Shown here: positions 41,009 through 50,591 of the stretch, one piece after another
Layout: each line of letters begins with the position of its first letter
How positions within the stretch are numbered: the first letter of the stretch is position 1
Source: Desulfotignum sp.
Lineage (GTDB): Bacteria > Desulfobacterota > Desulfobacteria > Desulfobacterales > Desulfobacteraceae
Reading direction: 5' to 3'
Length of the DNA: 64,000 bases
Assembly (NCBI GenBank): GCA_032250905.1
Contig: JAVVEQ010000010.1
Span: forward strand, 12,000-75,999
Made by a program: the position numbers and the translations under genes
The notes under the pieces: generated by a model
Database searches by the model: none
Told to the model about the DNA's origin: nothing
Seen by the model: only the letters and a program-made list of their open reading frames with translations

Positions 41009-43162
41009 CTAATCATATCGAACAACCCGTTTGACTTCGGTCACTTTTTTCACACGTCTCAACGCAGACATGATTTTGCGAAGCTGGTTTGAACTTTCCA
41101 CCATAATGGTAAAATAAAACATGGCCACACCTGTATCGGAGGTGTCGGTTTTGGCACTTAGAATATTGGCGTTATTTTTGGATATTACCGAAGCGATGTC
41201 CGCCAGAAGCCCGAACCGGTCATCGGTTTTGATGCGGATACTGGCGGGATAAGAATCATGATACTCGCTGCTCCATTGAACATCGATCAGCCGCTCCGGA
41301 CTCATTTTCAAAACATTGATGCAGTTTTTCCTGTGAATGGTCACACCCTGTCCCTGGGTGATATACCCGGTGATGGGGTCACCTGGAAGGGGATTGCAGC
41401 ATTTGGAAAATTTGACCAGAACATCATTGAGCCCCTTGACAATAATTCCGGTATCTGATTTCTTCGATCGATTGTCTGAGCTCCTGGGCAAGGCAACCTC
41501 TTCCTCTTTGCCCTCCTTTTCCAAATGGGGCAGGGCCTTGTTCAGAACCTGCATCGGCGTCAATTTACCAAACCCCACATGGGCGATAAGGTCATCCACG
41601 GATTTGAATCCGAAAGTATCTGCGACATCTCCGATGTGTCCGGATTTAATCAGCGCATTGAAGTTCTGATTTTTTTTCCTGAACAGTTTCTCACACATCT
41701 CTTTTCCCAGGGAATAGGAACGCTCTTTTTCCCTGGCATTGATCAGGGCCCGGATCTTGGTTCTGGCCTTGACTGTTTTAACAAAGGCCAGCCAATCCGG
41801 ACTGGGGGTATGCCCTTTGGCAGTGATAATTTCAACGGTATCCCCGGTCTTGAGTTCATGCGCCAGAGGAACAATTTTTCCATTCACTTTGGCACCCGTA
41901 CATTCCGCGCCGACTTCCGTATGAATCAGGTATGCAAAATCCACCGGGGTCGCCCCTCTTGGAAGGGTCTTTATCTCCCCGGCCGGGGTAATCACATAGA
42001 TTTCATCCGGATACAGATCAATCCGCACATTTTCCAGAAACTCATCCGGATCATTGAAATTTTCCTGGTTTTCAACCAGATTCCGTATCCAGGCAAACAT
42101 CTCCCCGGTGTTCTCATCGATATGGGTCCCTTCTTTGTAGCTCCAGTGGGCCGCGATCCCGGATTCTGCAATCCGATCCATTTCCTGGGTCCGGATCTGG
42201 ATTTCAACCCTTTCCCCTTTAGGTCCGATCACCGTGGTATGGATGGACTGATACATATTGGGCTTGGGATTGCCGATATAATCCTTAATCTTGTAATAAA
42301 TCGGCTTCCACATGGAATGGATGGCTCCCATGGCTGCATAACACTGGGGCACGGTTTCGAGAATGATCCGGAAGGCTATGATATCATACACCTCGTCAAA
42401 ATCCAGGTTCTGGGAGATCATTTTCTGGTAGATGCTGTAATGCTGCTTGTACCGGCCCTTGATGTCACAGGGCAGTTCCATCTCTTCCATCTTGTAATGA
42501 AGGCTGGTAGACACCTCTTTGATATATTCTTCTTTTTCATCCTTGGCCCGATTCACCAGGGCATCGATCTGCTCATATTCATCAGGCAGTGTGTAGAAAA
42601 AAGCGATTTCTTCCAGTTCGTTTTTCACCCAGAATATCCCCAGCCGTGCGGCAATGGGTGCATAGATATCCAGGGTTTCCTGTGCAATGGCGGCCTGTTT
42701 TTCCGGTTTTTTGTGATATTTCAAAGTACGCATGTTATGCAGCCGGTCTGCCAGCTTGATAAGTACCACCCGGATGTCATCGGCCATGGCCAGAATCATT
42801 TTTCTCAAAGATTCCGCCTGCTGGGCCGCTTTGTTGGAAAACGGCAGGGCGGACAATTTGGTCACCCCTTCCACAATCTGGGCGACACTTGAACCGAACA
42901 GCGCCTCAATATCTTCCTTGGTGGCCGGGGTATCTTCAATCACGTCATGGAGCAGGGCCGCGGCAATACTTTCCACGTCCAGGCGCATGGCCGCCAGGAT
43001 ATGGGCGACTTCCAGAGGATGGGACAGATAGGGTTCGCCGGACAGCCTCACCTGCCCATCATGGACCCGGGCGGAATACACGTAGGCCCGGTCAATGATA
43101 TCCAGGTCTGCATCCGGATTGTACTCTGAAATGGTATCCAATATGTCCGTAATGCGAATCAT
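41009..43162 (-). CDS. rel: bifunctional (p)ppGpp synthetase/hydrolase (long RSH)
   Basis: Intact HD (LLHDVIED), KLADRLHNMRT, YQSIHT, EIQIRT, TGS (TPVDFAY), CCNP and a C-terminal ACT domain. Confidence 0.96.
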   Translation of the reverse strand: MIRITDILDTISEYNPDADLDIIDRAYVYSARVHDGQVRLSGEPYLSHPLEVAHILAAMRLDVESIAAALLHDVIEDTPATKEDIEALFGSSVAQIVEGVTKLSALPFSNKAAQQAESLRKMILAMADDIRVVLIKLADRLHNMRTLKYHKKPEKQAAIAQETLDIYAPIAARLGIFWVKNELEEIAFFYTLPDEYEQIDALVNRAKDEKEEYIKEVSTSLHYKMEEMELPCDIKGRYKQHYSIYQKMISQNLDFDEVYDIIAFRIILETVPQCYAAMGAIHSMWKPIYYKIKDYIGNPKPNMYQSIHTTVIGPKGERVEIQIRTQEMDRIAESGIAAHWSYKEGTHIDENTGEMFAWIRNLVENQENFNDPDEFLENVRIDLYPDEIYVITPAGEIKTLPRGATPVDFAYLIHTEVGAECTGAKVNGKIVPLAHELKTGDTVEIITAKGHTPSPDWLAFVKTVKARTKIRALINAREKERSYSLGKEMCEKLFRKKNQNFNALIKSGHIGDVADTFGFKSVDDLIAHVGFGKLTPMQVLNKALPHLEKEGKEEEVALPRSSDNRSKKSDTGIIVKGLNDVLVKFSKCCNPLPGDPITGYITQGQGVTIHRKNCINVLKMSPERLIDVQWSSEYHDSYPASIRIKTDDRFGLLADIASVISKNNANILSAKTDTSDTGVAMFYFTIMVESSNQLRKIMSALRRVKKVTEVKRVVRYD

Positions 43163-43198
43163 GGGCCGACCTTGTCCCGGCTGCGGCAGGCTGTCTGA

Positions 43199-44710
43199 TC
43201 AATAGGCCTTGGCAAACAAAACCCGCTCTTCACTTGGTTTATCACAACAGATACACCGGCCGGATTCTTTAAACGAATCAAACGGGATGCACCGAATGGT
43301 GACGGACAGCTCTTTTTTTATGCGCTCCTCACATTCTCCGGACCCACACCAGTGAGCATAGACAAACGCGCCGTTGCGGGACCCTTTTGCATGTTTGTAA
43401 ATATCTTCAAACGCCTGCCAGGTGTCGACATGATATGTGTTCTCTTTCTGGAATGTCAGGGCCCGGTCAAACAGGGACTGCTGAATCTGGTCCAGAATGT
43501 CGGTGATGGTGGCAATGAACATTTCACGGTCCATGCTTTCCTTCTGACCGGCATCCTTGTCCCTTCTGGCCATGAACACGGTATTGGCGGCAATATCCCG
43601 GGGTCCCAGCTCCACCCGGACAGGAATTCCTTTTTTCACCCAGTCCCATCCCCTGGCACCGCCGATGTCCCGGTCATCAATCTCCACTTCCAGGGGCCGG
43701 CCATGATACATTTTTTCATTCAGGGCTGCCTTCAGCACACCGGCACTCTCCAGTACTTCCGAGTTGTCCTGATCTTTTTTCACAATGGGCAGAATCACCA
43801 CATGGGCCGGGGCGATCCGGGGCGGCACCACCAGGCCGTCATCATCGGAATGAACCATGATCATGCCGCCGATCATCCGGGTGGACGTTCCCCAGGAAGT
43901 GGTCCACGCATATTGTTCCTGGCCCGCCTCGTTCTGAAAGCGAATATCCGATCCTTTGGCAAAATTCTGTCCCAGAAAATGGGAGGTTCCCGCCTGAAGC
44001 GCCCTTCTATCCTGCATCATGGCCTCGATACAGGTGGTGTCATCGGCGCCGGGAAACCGTTCAGATTCGGTTTTGCGACCCTTGATCACCGGCATGGCGA
44101 GCCGGTCCTGGACAAACTCGGCATACAGATCCAGCATCTGAAGTGTCCTGTGTACCGCTTCTTCTCTGGTGGCGTGAGCCGTATGCCCCTCCTGCCACAG
44201 AAACTCACTGGTTCTCAGGAACATACGGGTACGCATCTCCCACCGAACCACATTGGCCCACTGGTTCAGCAGAATGGGCAGATCCCGGTAGGATGACGTC
44301 CATTTGGACATGGACTCGCCAATGATGGTTTCGGATGTAGGCCGGACAATCAAAGGTTCCGCCAGTTCTCCGGCCGGCACCAGCCGTCCGTCCGCCCCTT
44401 TTTCCAGTTTGTGATGTGTCACCACGGCGCACTCTTTGGCAAACCCTTCCACGTGTTCAGCTTCCTTTTCCAGATAGGACAATGGGATGAAAAGAGGAAA
44501 GTAGGCGTTTTTAACCCCGGTTTTCTTGAACTCGGCATCCATCTGATTCATGATATTTTCCCAGATGGCATACCCCCAGGGTTTCATGACCATGCATCCC
44601 CTGACCGGTGAATTTTCCGCCATGTCCGATGCCTTGATGATTTCCTGATACCACTGGGCATAGTCCTCTTCCCGGGTCGGGGTAATGGCTGTTTTATTTT
44701 TTGCTCCCAT
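43199..44710 (-). CDS. proS: proline--tRNA ligase, archaeal/eukaryotic type
   Basis: RPTSETII, QWANVVRWE, FLWQEGHT, QAGTSHFLGQNF and a C-terminal Zn domain ending VLFAKAY. No INS editing insertion. Confidence 0.96.
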   Translation of the reverse strand: MGAKNKTAITPTREEDYAQWYQEIIKASDMAENSPVRGCMVMKPWGYAIWENIMNQMDAEFKKTGVKNAYFPLFIPLSYLEKEAEHVEGFAKECAVVTHHKLEKGADGRLVPAGELAEPLIVRPTSETIIGESMSKWTSSYRDLPILLNQWANVVRWEMRTRMFLRTSEFLWQEGHTAHATREEAVHRTLQMLDLYAEFVQDRLAMPVIKGRKTESERFPGADDTTCIEAMMQDRRALQAGTSHFLGQNFAKGSDIRFQNEAGQEQYAWTTSWGTSTRMIGGMIMVHSDDDGLVVPPRIAPAHVVILPIVKKDQDNSEVLESAGVLKAALNEKMYHGRPLEVEIDDRDIGGARGWDWVKKGIPVRVELGPRDIAANTVFMARRDKDAGQKESMDREMFIATITDILDQIQQSLFDRALTFQKENTYHVDTWQAFEDIYKHAKGSRNGAFVYAHWCGSGECEERIKKELSVTIRCIPFDSFKESGRCICCDKPSEERVLFAKAY

Positions 44711-45797
44711 TCACATCCTCCGAATTTTGCGTCATTTTATCGATTTCATACAACAGCTGGTCCACCAGGCAGTCCTGGGCCACTTTTTTGAACACTTTGC
44801 CTTTTTTGAACAATATGCCGGTACCATCTGCACCGGCAATGCCGATATCCGCCTCTTTGGCTTCACCCGGCCCGTTCACGACACATCCCATAATGGCAAC
44901 TTTAATCTGAGTGTCCCGTTCAAGTAAAGCTTTTTCTACATCCTCCGCGATTTTAAACAGATTGATCCGGCACCGGCCGCAGGTGGGGCATGATATGATC
45001 TCCGGACCTCTCTGGCGAAGATCCAGTGCCCGCAGAATTTCATACCCGGTGCGGATCTCTTCCACCGGATCCCGGGTCAGAGACACCCGGAGGGTATCCC
45101 CCAGCCCCCTGGACAGCAGCAGGCCGATGCCGATGGCGGATTTAGTGATACCTGCATACAACCCCCCGGCCTCGGTGACCCCCACATGAAACGGCACATC
45201 GGTTTTTTCTGCCAGCAGCTGGTACGCTTCCACGGTCCGTGCCACATCCGAGGCTTTCAAAGATACCTTGATATCATCAAACCCCAATTCCTCCAGTATC
45301 CGGATATTGGTGAGTCCGCTTTCCGCCATGGCCAATGCCGTGGTTCCCAGCCGCTGTTCAATCTCTTTTTCCAGGGACCCGGCATTCACCCCGATTCTAA
45401 TGGGAATCTTGTGGGATTTTGCACAGTCCACCACCTGTTTGACCTTGTGCCGTGCCCCGATATTACCGGGGTTAATGCGCAGACCGTCGGCACCGGACTC
45501 GGCCGCTGCCAGAGCCAGCCTGAAATCAAAATGAATATCCGCGATCACCGGTATAGTGATCCGGTCTTTGATCTGCTGAATGGCCAGTGCGTCCGCCATT
45601 TCCGGCACCGCCACCCGGACGATTTCACAGCCTGCCGCAGTCAGCGCGTCTATCTGTTGAATCGTGGCCCCGGTATCCCGGGTCTGTGTGTTGGTCATGG
45701 ACTGCACCGAGATGGGCGCATCAGACCCCACCATCACCTGCCCCACCCGGATCTGCCGTGTTTTTCTTCTGGGGTTCACCAAAGAGAACATGTTCAT
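44694..45797 (-). CDS. ispG: HMBPP synthase
   Basis: VQSMTNT, ADIHFD, RINPGNIG, RIGVNAGS, GVTEAG, SCPTCGRC and MGCVVNGPGE. Confidence 0.97.
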   Translation of the reverse strand: MNMFSLVNPRRKTRQIRVGQVMVGSDAPISVQSMTNTQTRDTGATIQQIDALTAAGCEIVRVAVPEMADALAIQQIKDRITIPVIADIHFDFRLALAAAESGADGLRINPGNIGARHKVKQVVDCAKSHKIPIRIGVNAGSLEKEIEQRLGTTALAMAESGLTNIRILEELGFDDIKVSLKASDVARTVEAYQLLAEKTDVPFHVGVTEAGGLYAGITKSAIGIGLLLSRGLGDTLRVSLTRDPVEEIRTGYEILRALDLRQRGPEIISCPTCGRCRINLFKIAEDVEKALLERDTQIKVAIMGCVVNGPGEAKEADIGIAGADGTGILFKKGKVFKKVAQDCLVDQLLYEIDKMTQNSEDVNGSKK

Positions 45798-45851
45798 TCC
45801 TTTACATATTCATGCCGAATTGACATATATACCACATCTGCTGCAACCGCT

Positions 45852-46649
45852 TCAACCCGGCAACAGCGCCGGTATGTCTTCAAACACGTTCGACAGAACC
45901 GTCAGTGACCGGTTCAGGTCGCCCCGATTGAACACCTCCAGACTCACGACCCCCTGATAGTGTTTCAACAGTGCCATGACCTGACACAGCTGTTCGGGCT
46001 GCAACAGATCCAGGCTGACATGGTCTTTGATCCTGTGATCCTGTGTTGCCACTCCGTGAACATGGATCACGGCGATCCGTTCCTGAAACTGTGCCATACT
46101 GTGTGTCAGATCATACCCATACCGGAAATGATGTCCGACATCCAGGCAGACCTGCAGATCGTATGCTGTCAGCAGCGGCACCAGACAATCCGGGGGATAA
46201 TCCAGCGTTTCCACTGAAAACATACCAGCGGCCGGCACATACCTCATCAGCCTTGCCAGGCCGTCCAAAGCCCGCTCCTGCCAATCAACCAGATTATCAT
46301 GTGCGCCATGAGCCGTCATTTCCAGATGCAACGTGTGTGTGGACGGCGCCAGGGGCCGGCACAACTCCACCACCCTTGCAAAGGTCTCCGCCGCATATTG
46401 CCGTGCATCTGCCGACGCATGGGTCAGACTCACATCCGTGGGCAAATGGATGTTATATGAGACATCCATTTGCCTGGACAGGTCAGCCAGATCCGCTATT
46501 TCCATCTTTGATGGCAGCACGGTATCAGGGAGGCTTTCAAAAATAAGCAGCTCAATCTCATCGAAAAATCCGCCGATCTTCTGAACATTGGGAAGGATAT
46601 GATCCGGATAAATAAAGGACGTGGTGCCGATTCGAAACGGTCGTTTCAC
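45852..46649 (-). CDS. cbiR: cobamide remodeling phosphodiesterase CbiR-like (AP-endonuclease-2 TIM barrel)
   Basis: RIGTTSFIYP, EIELLIFE, IHLP, VETL, CLDVGH, IHVHGV...DH and SLEVF. Last gene of cobU-cobS-cobD-cbiB. Confidence 0.75.
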   Translation of the reverse strand: MKRPFRIGTTSFIYPDHILPNVQKIGGFFDEIELLIFESLPDTVLPSKMEIADLADLSRQMDVSYNIHLPTDVSLTHASADARQYAAETFARVVELCRPLAPSTHTLHLEMTAHGAHDNLVDWQERALDGLARLMRYVPAAGMFSVETLDYPPDCLVPLLTAYDLQVCLDVGHHFRYGYDLTHSMAQFQERIAVIHVHGVATQDHRIKDHVSLDLLQPEQLCQVMALLKHYQGVVSLEVFNRGDLNRSLTVLSNVFEDIPALLPG

Positions 46650-46654
46650 CTTAG

Positions 46655-47623
46655 TTATCCCTTCAAAACCGTGGATTTCACCAGGGTCAGCACCACAGCG
46701 CCCAGCAGTCCCGCAACCGACGCTGCCTGCATCAGCCGGCAGGCGGCGTGAATGGCTGAAATTTCCGGATCACCAAACTGACTTCCGATGAAGGGCTTGT
46801 CCACCTGTCTGCCATGATAGATGCTGGGACCGCCCAGCCGGATCTTCAAGGCACCCGCAAACGATGCTTCCGGAAATCCCGCATTGGGGCTGCTATGCCG
46901 CCGGCCTTCGGACCACCCGGTCCGAAGGGCCCCTGTCCCGGAAATTCCAGGCAAAAAGGCAGTTGCTGCAGCGATCACAAACACGGACAACCGGGCCGGA
47001 ATGAAATTGGCCGCATCATCGAGGCGGGCCGATACCCGCCCGAACAACAGATATCGGTCATTTTTATATCCCACCATGGAATCCAGGGTATTGATCATTT
47101 TATAAGCCACAGCGCCCGGCACCCCTGAGACCACTACCCAGAACAACGGCGCCAGAAATCCGTCCACAAAATTTTCCGCCACGGTCTCCACTGCCGCCCG
47201 GGAGACTCCGGCGTCATCCAGATTCCGGGTGTCTCTGCCTACAATCCAGCCCACTTTTTTACGGGCTGTTACCAGATCTTTTTTCGACAACGGCACTGAC
47301 ACGGCCATGGCGGCATCTTTCAGACCTTTGACGGAAAAACAGTAAAACAGCAGGACCGTCTGGACGACTGCACTCATCACCGGGTGGATCCATCCGGCCC
47401 AGAGGATGAATATCCACGCCAGCACATACGTGGCACCCACCAGAAAACCGGCGAAAACCCCCCCGGCTGTCAGCGAATTTTTTATGATTCGCCGGAAAAG
47501 GGGCTCCAAAAAACCGATGGCTTTTCCCATGCCCACCACTGGATGAGGCAGGTTCCGGGGATCACCCAGAAAAAAATCCAGTACAAAGGCAGTCAAAAGA
47601 ATATACCAGCCCACCTCAATCAT
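46655..47623 (-). CDS. cbiB: adenosylcobinamide-phosphate synthase
   Basis: LGDP..HPV, IVGRDT, ETVAENFVDG, YKMINTLDSMVGY, ARLDD and SPNAGFPEA. Confidence 0.95.
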   Translation of the reverse strand: MIEVGWYILLTAFVLDFFLGDPRNLPHPVVGMGKAIGFLEPLFRRIIKNSLTAGGVFAGFLVGATYVLAWIFILWAGWIHPVMSAVVQTVLLFYCFSVKGLKDAAMAVSVPLSKKDLVTARKKVGWIVGRDTRNLDDAGVSRAAVETVAENFVDGFLAPLFWVVVSGVPGAVAYKMINTLDSMVGYKNDRYLLFGRVSARLDDAANFIPARLSVFVIAAATAFLPGISGTGALRTGWSEGRRHSSPNAGFPEASFAGALKIRLGGPSIYHGRQVDKPFIGSQFGDPEISAIHAACRLMQAASVAGLLGAVVLTLVKSTVLKG

Positions 47624-48698
47624 GGGCCAGTGCCTTTTTCAAACTGGCCGCCAGTTTCAGGTTGCTTTCCCGGTCCTTAAGAGAAAATCGCACAAACTGA
47701 GGTTTCAGCCCGTGGAAATTACTGCAGTCACGGATCAGAATCCGGTCCTGACCGACAAGGCGGCACACCTGTGGAGCCGTGTGATGGCGCAGCCGGGCCA
47801 GCACAAATCCGGTATGACCGGCAACCGGCACCAGACCGTGGATATTGCCGTCCTTTTCCAGAAACCATTGTTTTTCCTGGGCGATAAACGCCCGGGTTTT
47901 TTGATAAAACGGTGCAATCTGTTCCGGATGATCGTAAATGTCCCGGATCACTATCTGGGCCAGGGCATTGACATTCCAGGGCTGACAATAAGCCCGGACC
48001 TTTTCGATCAAATCGGGTGCCCCGCTGAGAAATCCGGTGCGCAGTCCGGGAATGGCAAATATTTTGGACATGGACGAAAGCACCAGCAGATTGGAATAAT
48101 TTCCGGCATGGATCAGGGACAGGGTGTCCCCCTCTGCCACAAACGGCAGATAGGACTCATCCACCACAAAACATACCCCGGGATGACGCTGCAGCAGTGT
48201 TGTGACAAATACGGGATCCAGCAGCACACCCGTGGGATTATTGGGATTACAGATAAACACCAGGTCAGCATCAGCCGCCATCTTTGATACCCCTTCCAGG
48301 TCCGGCACAAATCCATCTTCAAAATCAGCGGTCCAGAATTCGGGGTCTATGTTGTGCATTCGGCAGGCGTCGGCGTAATCTGAATAGGTCGGTCCCAGAA
48401 TCAGCACTTTCCGGGCTCTCAGGGCCAGCGGCAGGGTGTAAATGAACCAGGTGGTCCCGTTGCCGGCAATCACGGTGTCCGGATCGATTTCATGGTACCG
48501 GGCAAACCCCTGGACCATGGATTGTGCGTCGGGTTCGGGAAGATGCTGGATGGCAGAAACATTGTTTTGTATCACGTTTCTGATCCGTTCCGGCGGACCC
48601 AGCGGGTTAATGTTGGCGCTCATGTCGATAATGTCATCGATACCACATTCCAGTTTCCGTGCCAGTGCTGTTTTGTTGCCGCCATGGCCGATAATCAT
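47616..48698 (-). CDS. cobD: threonine-phosphate decarboxylase (PLP)
   Basis: HGGN, DMSANINP, CNPNNPTG, VDESY and SMSKIFAIPGLRTG. Confidence 0.92.
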   Translation of the reverse strand: MIIGHGGNKTALARKLECGIDDIIDMSANINPLGPPERIRNVIQNNVSAIQHLPEPDAQSMVQGFARYHEIDPDTVIAGNGTTWFIYTLPLALRARKVLILGPTYSDYADACRMHNIDPEFWTADFEDGFVPDLEGVSKMAADADLVFICNPNNPTGVLLDPVFVTTLLQRHPGVCFVVDESYLPFVAEGDTLSLIHAGNYSNLLVLSSMSKIFAIPGLRTGFLSGAPDLIEKVRAYCQPWNVNALAQIVIRDIYDHPEQIAPFYQKTRAFIAQEKQWFLEKDGNIHGLVPVAGHTGFVLARLRHHTAPQVCRLVGQDRILIRDCSNFHGLKPQFVRFSLKDRESNLKLAASLKKALAHD

Positions 48699-48713
48699 GA
48701 TACCATCCTTAAT

Positions 48714-49484
48714 TTACACAAGAGCGGCGCCACAGGCGAGAAACAGCCCTGCTTCCAGAAGCTCGGTCATGGCTCCGAGCATATCTCCTGTGATGCAGTT
48801 CATTTTTTTTTTGTAAAACCATAAAATCGCCGGACAGCCGATGGCGAACCCCAGGTTTAAGACCAGGCCCTGATATCCCAGAAACAGGGATAGAAACAAG
48901 GGAATGACGCAGAAAATGAAATCTTTTCCCCCCAAAGGCGCGGCAAACAGGGCCAGACCGGTCCCGGTGTTTTTCCGGCCATAGGGAAGAAACCGGATGC
49001 CGAAAATCATGCCGGCCCGGGCATAGGCGGGTACCAGAAAGAGAACCAGCAGTGTTTCCCCCGGTGCCGCGCTCAACTTTAATGCATAAATGCCTGCCAG
49101 CTTGACTGCCATGACACCCACGACTGTGACCAGCCCCATCATTCCGATGCGGCTGTCTTTCATGATTTCCAGAACCCTTTCCCTGGGGCGATGGCTGAAA
49201 ATGCCGTCCGCGGTATCGCCTAAGCCATCCAAATGAAATGCCCCGGTGAAAACCATGAGACAGAGCAGATCCATCAATGCCGATACCGGCAGAGGCCACA
49301 GCCGGGATGTCACCAGATCCGTCATCACCACCAGGCCGCCCAGAATCAGTCCGACCACGGGAAAAAAACGGATCATCCCCATGGGTGAATACACGGCATC
49401 CCGGCCGGCCGGAAGAATGGTCAAAAAGAGCAGACCGGCCCGCAAATCTGTGAAAAACCCCCTGGATTGAGAAGAAGATGTCAT
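48714..49484 (-). CDS. cobS: adenosylcobinamide-GDP ribazoletransferase (cobalamin synthase)
   Basis: TGAFHLDGLGDTADG, IMKDSRIG and CITGDMLGA. Confidence 0.95.
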   Translation of the reverse strand: MTSSSQSRGFFTDLRAGLLFLTILPAGRDAVYSPMGMIRFFPVVGLILGGLVVMTDLVTSRLWPLPVSALMDLLCLMVFTGAFHLDGLGDTADGIFSHRPRERVLEIMKDSRIGMMGLVTVVGVMAVKLAGIYALKLSAAPGETLLVLFLVPAYARAGMIFGIRFLPYGRKNTGTGLALFAAPLGGKDFIFCVIPLFLSLFLGYQGLVLNLGFAIGCPAILWFYKKKMNCITGDMLGAMTELLEAGLFLACGAALV

Positions 49485-49494
49485 AAGGCGATGT

Positions 49495-50076
49495 TCACGG
49501 TGAAATTTGATTTCCACCCGGTTTGATTTGAAGGGCCTGGCCCGCCACCGTAAGCACCACACGGTCCGCCGTATCAGCCATGAATTGATTCACCTGACCG
49601 GCCAGATCCCGGAACCGCCGGGCCAGCGCATTTTCCGGCACAATGCCATACCCCACTTCATTGGAGACCAGAAAGACCGGGCACTGAACTCTTGAAAAAG
49701 ACTGTGCGGTCTGATTCATCCGGTTTTCGATCTCCGGGTCGCCCATGTCGGCCGCCATCATATTCGAAATCCACAGGGTCAGGCAGTCCACCAGAATCAC
49801 ATCTGCCGAATCTGCGTGCGCCAGCAGGTTCTCGTGAATGTTCACCGGTTCTTCCACTGTTTCCCAGTCACATCCCCGTTCCGCCTGATGGGCCTTCACC
49901 CGCTTGTTCATTTCCGGATCCATGGGGACGGACGTGGCCAGAAAAAGTCTTCGCCGGCCGGGAACAGCATTGGCGGCATTCAATGCAAACCGGCTTTTAC
50001 CGCTTCTGCATCCGCCGATAACCAGCGTGACAGGAGGTATATTGTCCAAAATATCGGTTCTTTCTTTTTGTTTCAA
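49495..50076 (-). CDS. cobU: bifunctional cobinamide kinase / cobinamide-phosphate guanylyltransferase
   Basis: GGCRSGKS, RVKAHQAER, DCLTLW, SNEVGYG and FRDLAG. Confidence 0.95.
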   Translation of the reverse strand: MKQKERTDILDNIPPVTLVIGGCRSGKSRFALNAANAVPGRRRLFLATSVPMDPEMNKRVKAHQAERGCDWETVEEPVNIHENLLAHADSADVILVDCLTLWISNMMAADMGDPEIENRMNQTAQSFSRVQCPVFLVSNEVGYGIVPENALARRFRDLAGQVNQFMADTADRVVLTVAGQALQIKPGGNQISP

Positions 50077-50224
50077 TTTAATTTAAAAACGATACAAGAT
50101 ACCGTATCCATGAATGAAGATGCAACCCCAAAATCCAGGAAAATTTTATGTTTACAATCCAAATGGTTTCATGTAAACAAAAGCTGTTCATTCCATGATG
50201 GTGTTAGGTTAAAAGGAGGCAGGT

Positions 50225-50542
50225 ATGATTAATAGAAGTACTATCAATGTACTTAACCTGAAACCCGTCACCCGCAGCATGTGTTCCGATTTTTACAAAA
50301 AAATCAACACGGAGCTCAGCAGTCCGGAAGCCATCAGAGAATCGGTTTCCTGGTGGCAGGACAACGAGAAGAAGCTCAACGAACTGTGGTGGGTTCTTAA
50401 CTACTATTCTGAATCTCTTGATCCGGAGCGGGAACTCAGGGCCCGTGTGGAAAAGCATCTGGATTCCCTTGCACTGGAAAAAACCGCTGCACTGGAACCT
50501 GACTCCCTTCCCGACACATCTGCGGCATTGGAACAATCCTGA
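50225..50542 (+). CDS. hypothetical protein (105 aa)
   Basis: Strong AGGAGG RBS, helical Trp-rich sequence, 49 nt upstream of the sigma54 activator. No family recognised. Confidence 0.75.
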   Translation: MINRSTINVLNLKPVTRSMCSDFYKKINTELSSPEAIRESVSWWQDNEKKLNELWWVLNYYSESLDPERELRARVEKHLDSLALEKTAALEPDSLPDTSAALEQS

Positions 50543-50591
50543 ACCCGGCCCGGACCGACCATCATGATCCCGTCCGCCGGGAAAATCCCTT

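Noticed and set aside
49494-49504. TTCACGGTGAA, a parS-like core
   Set aside because: It has one extra central base and non-matching flanks.
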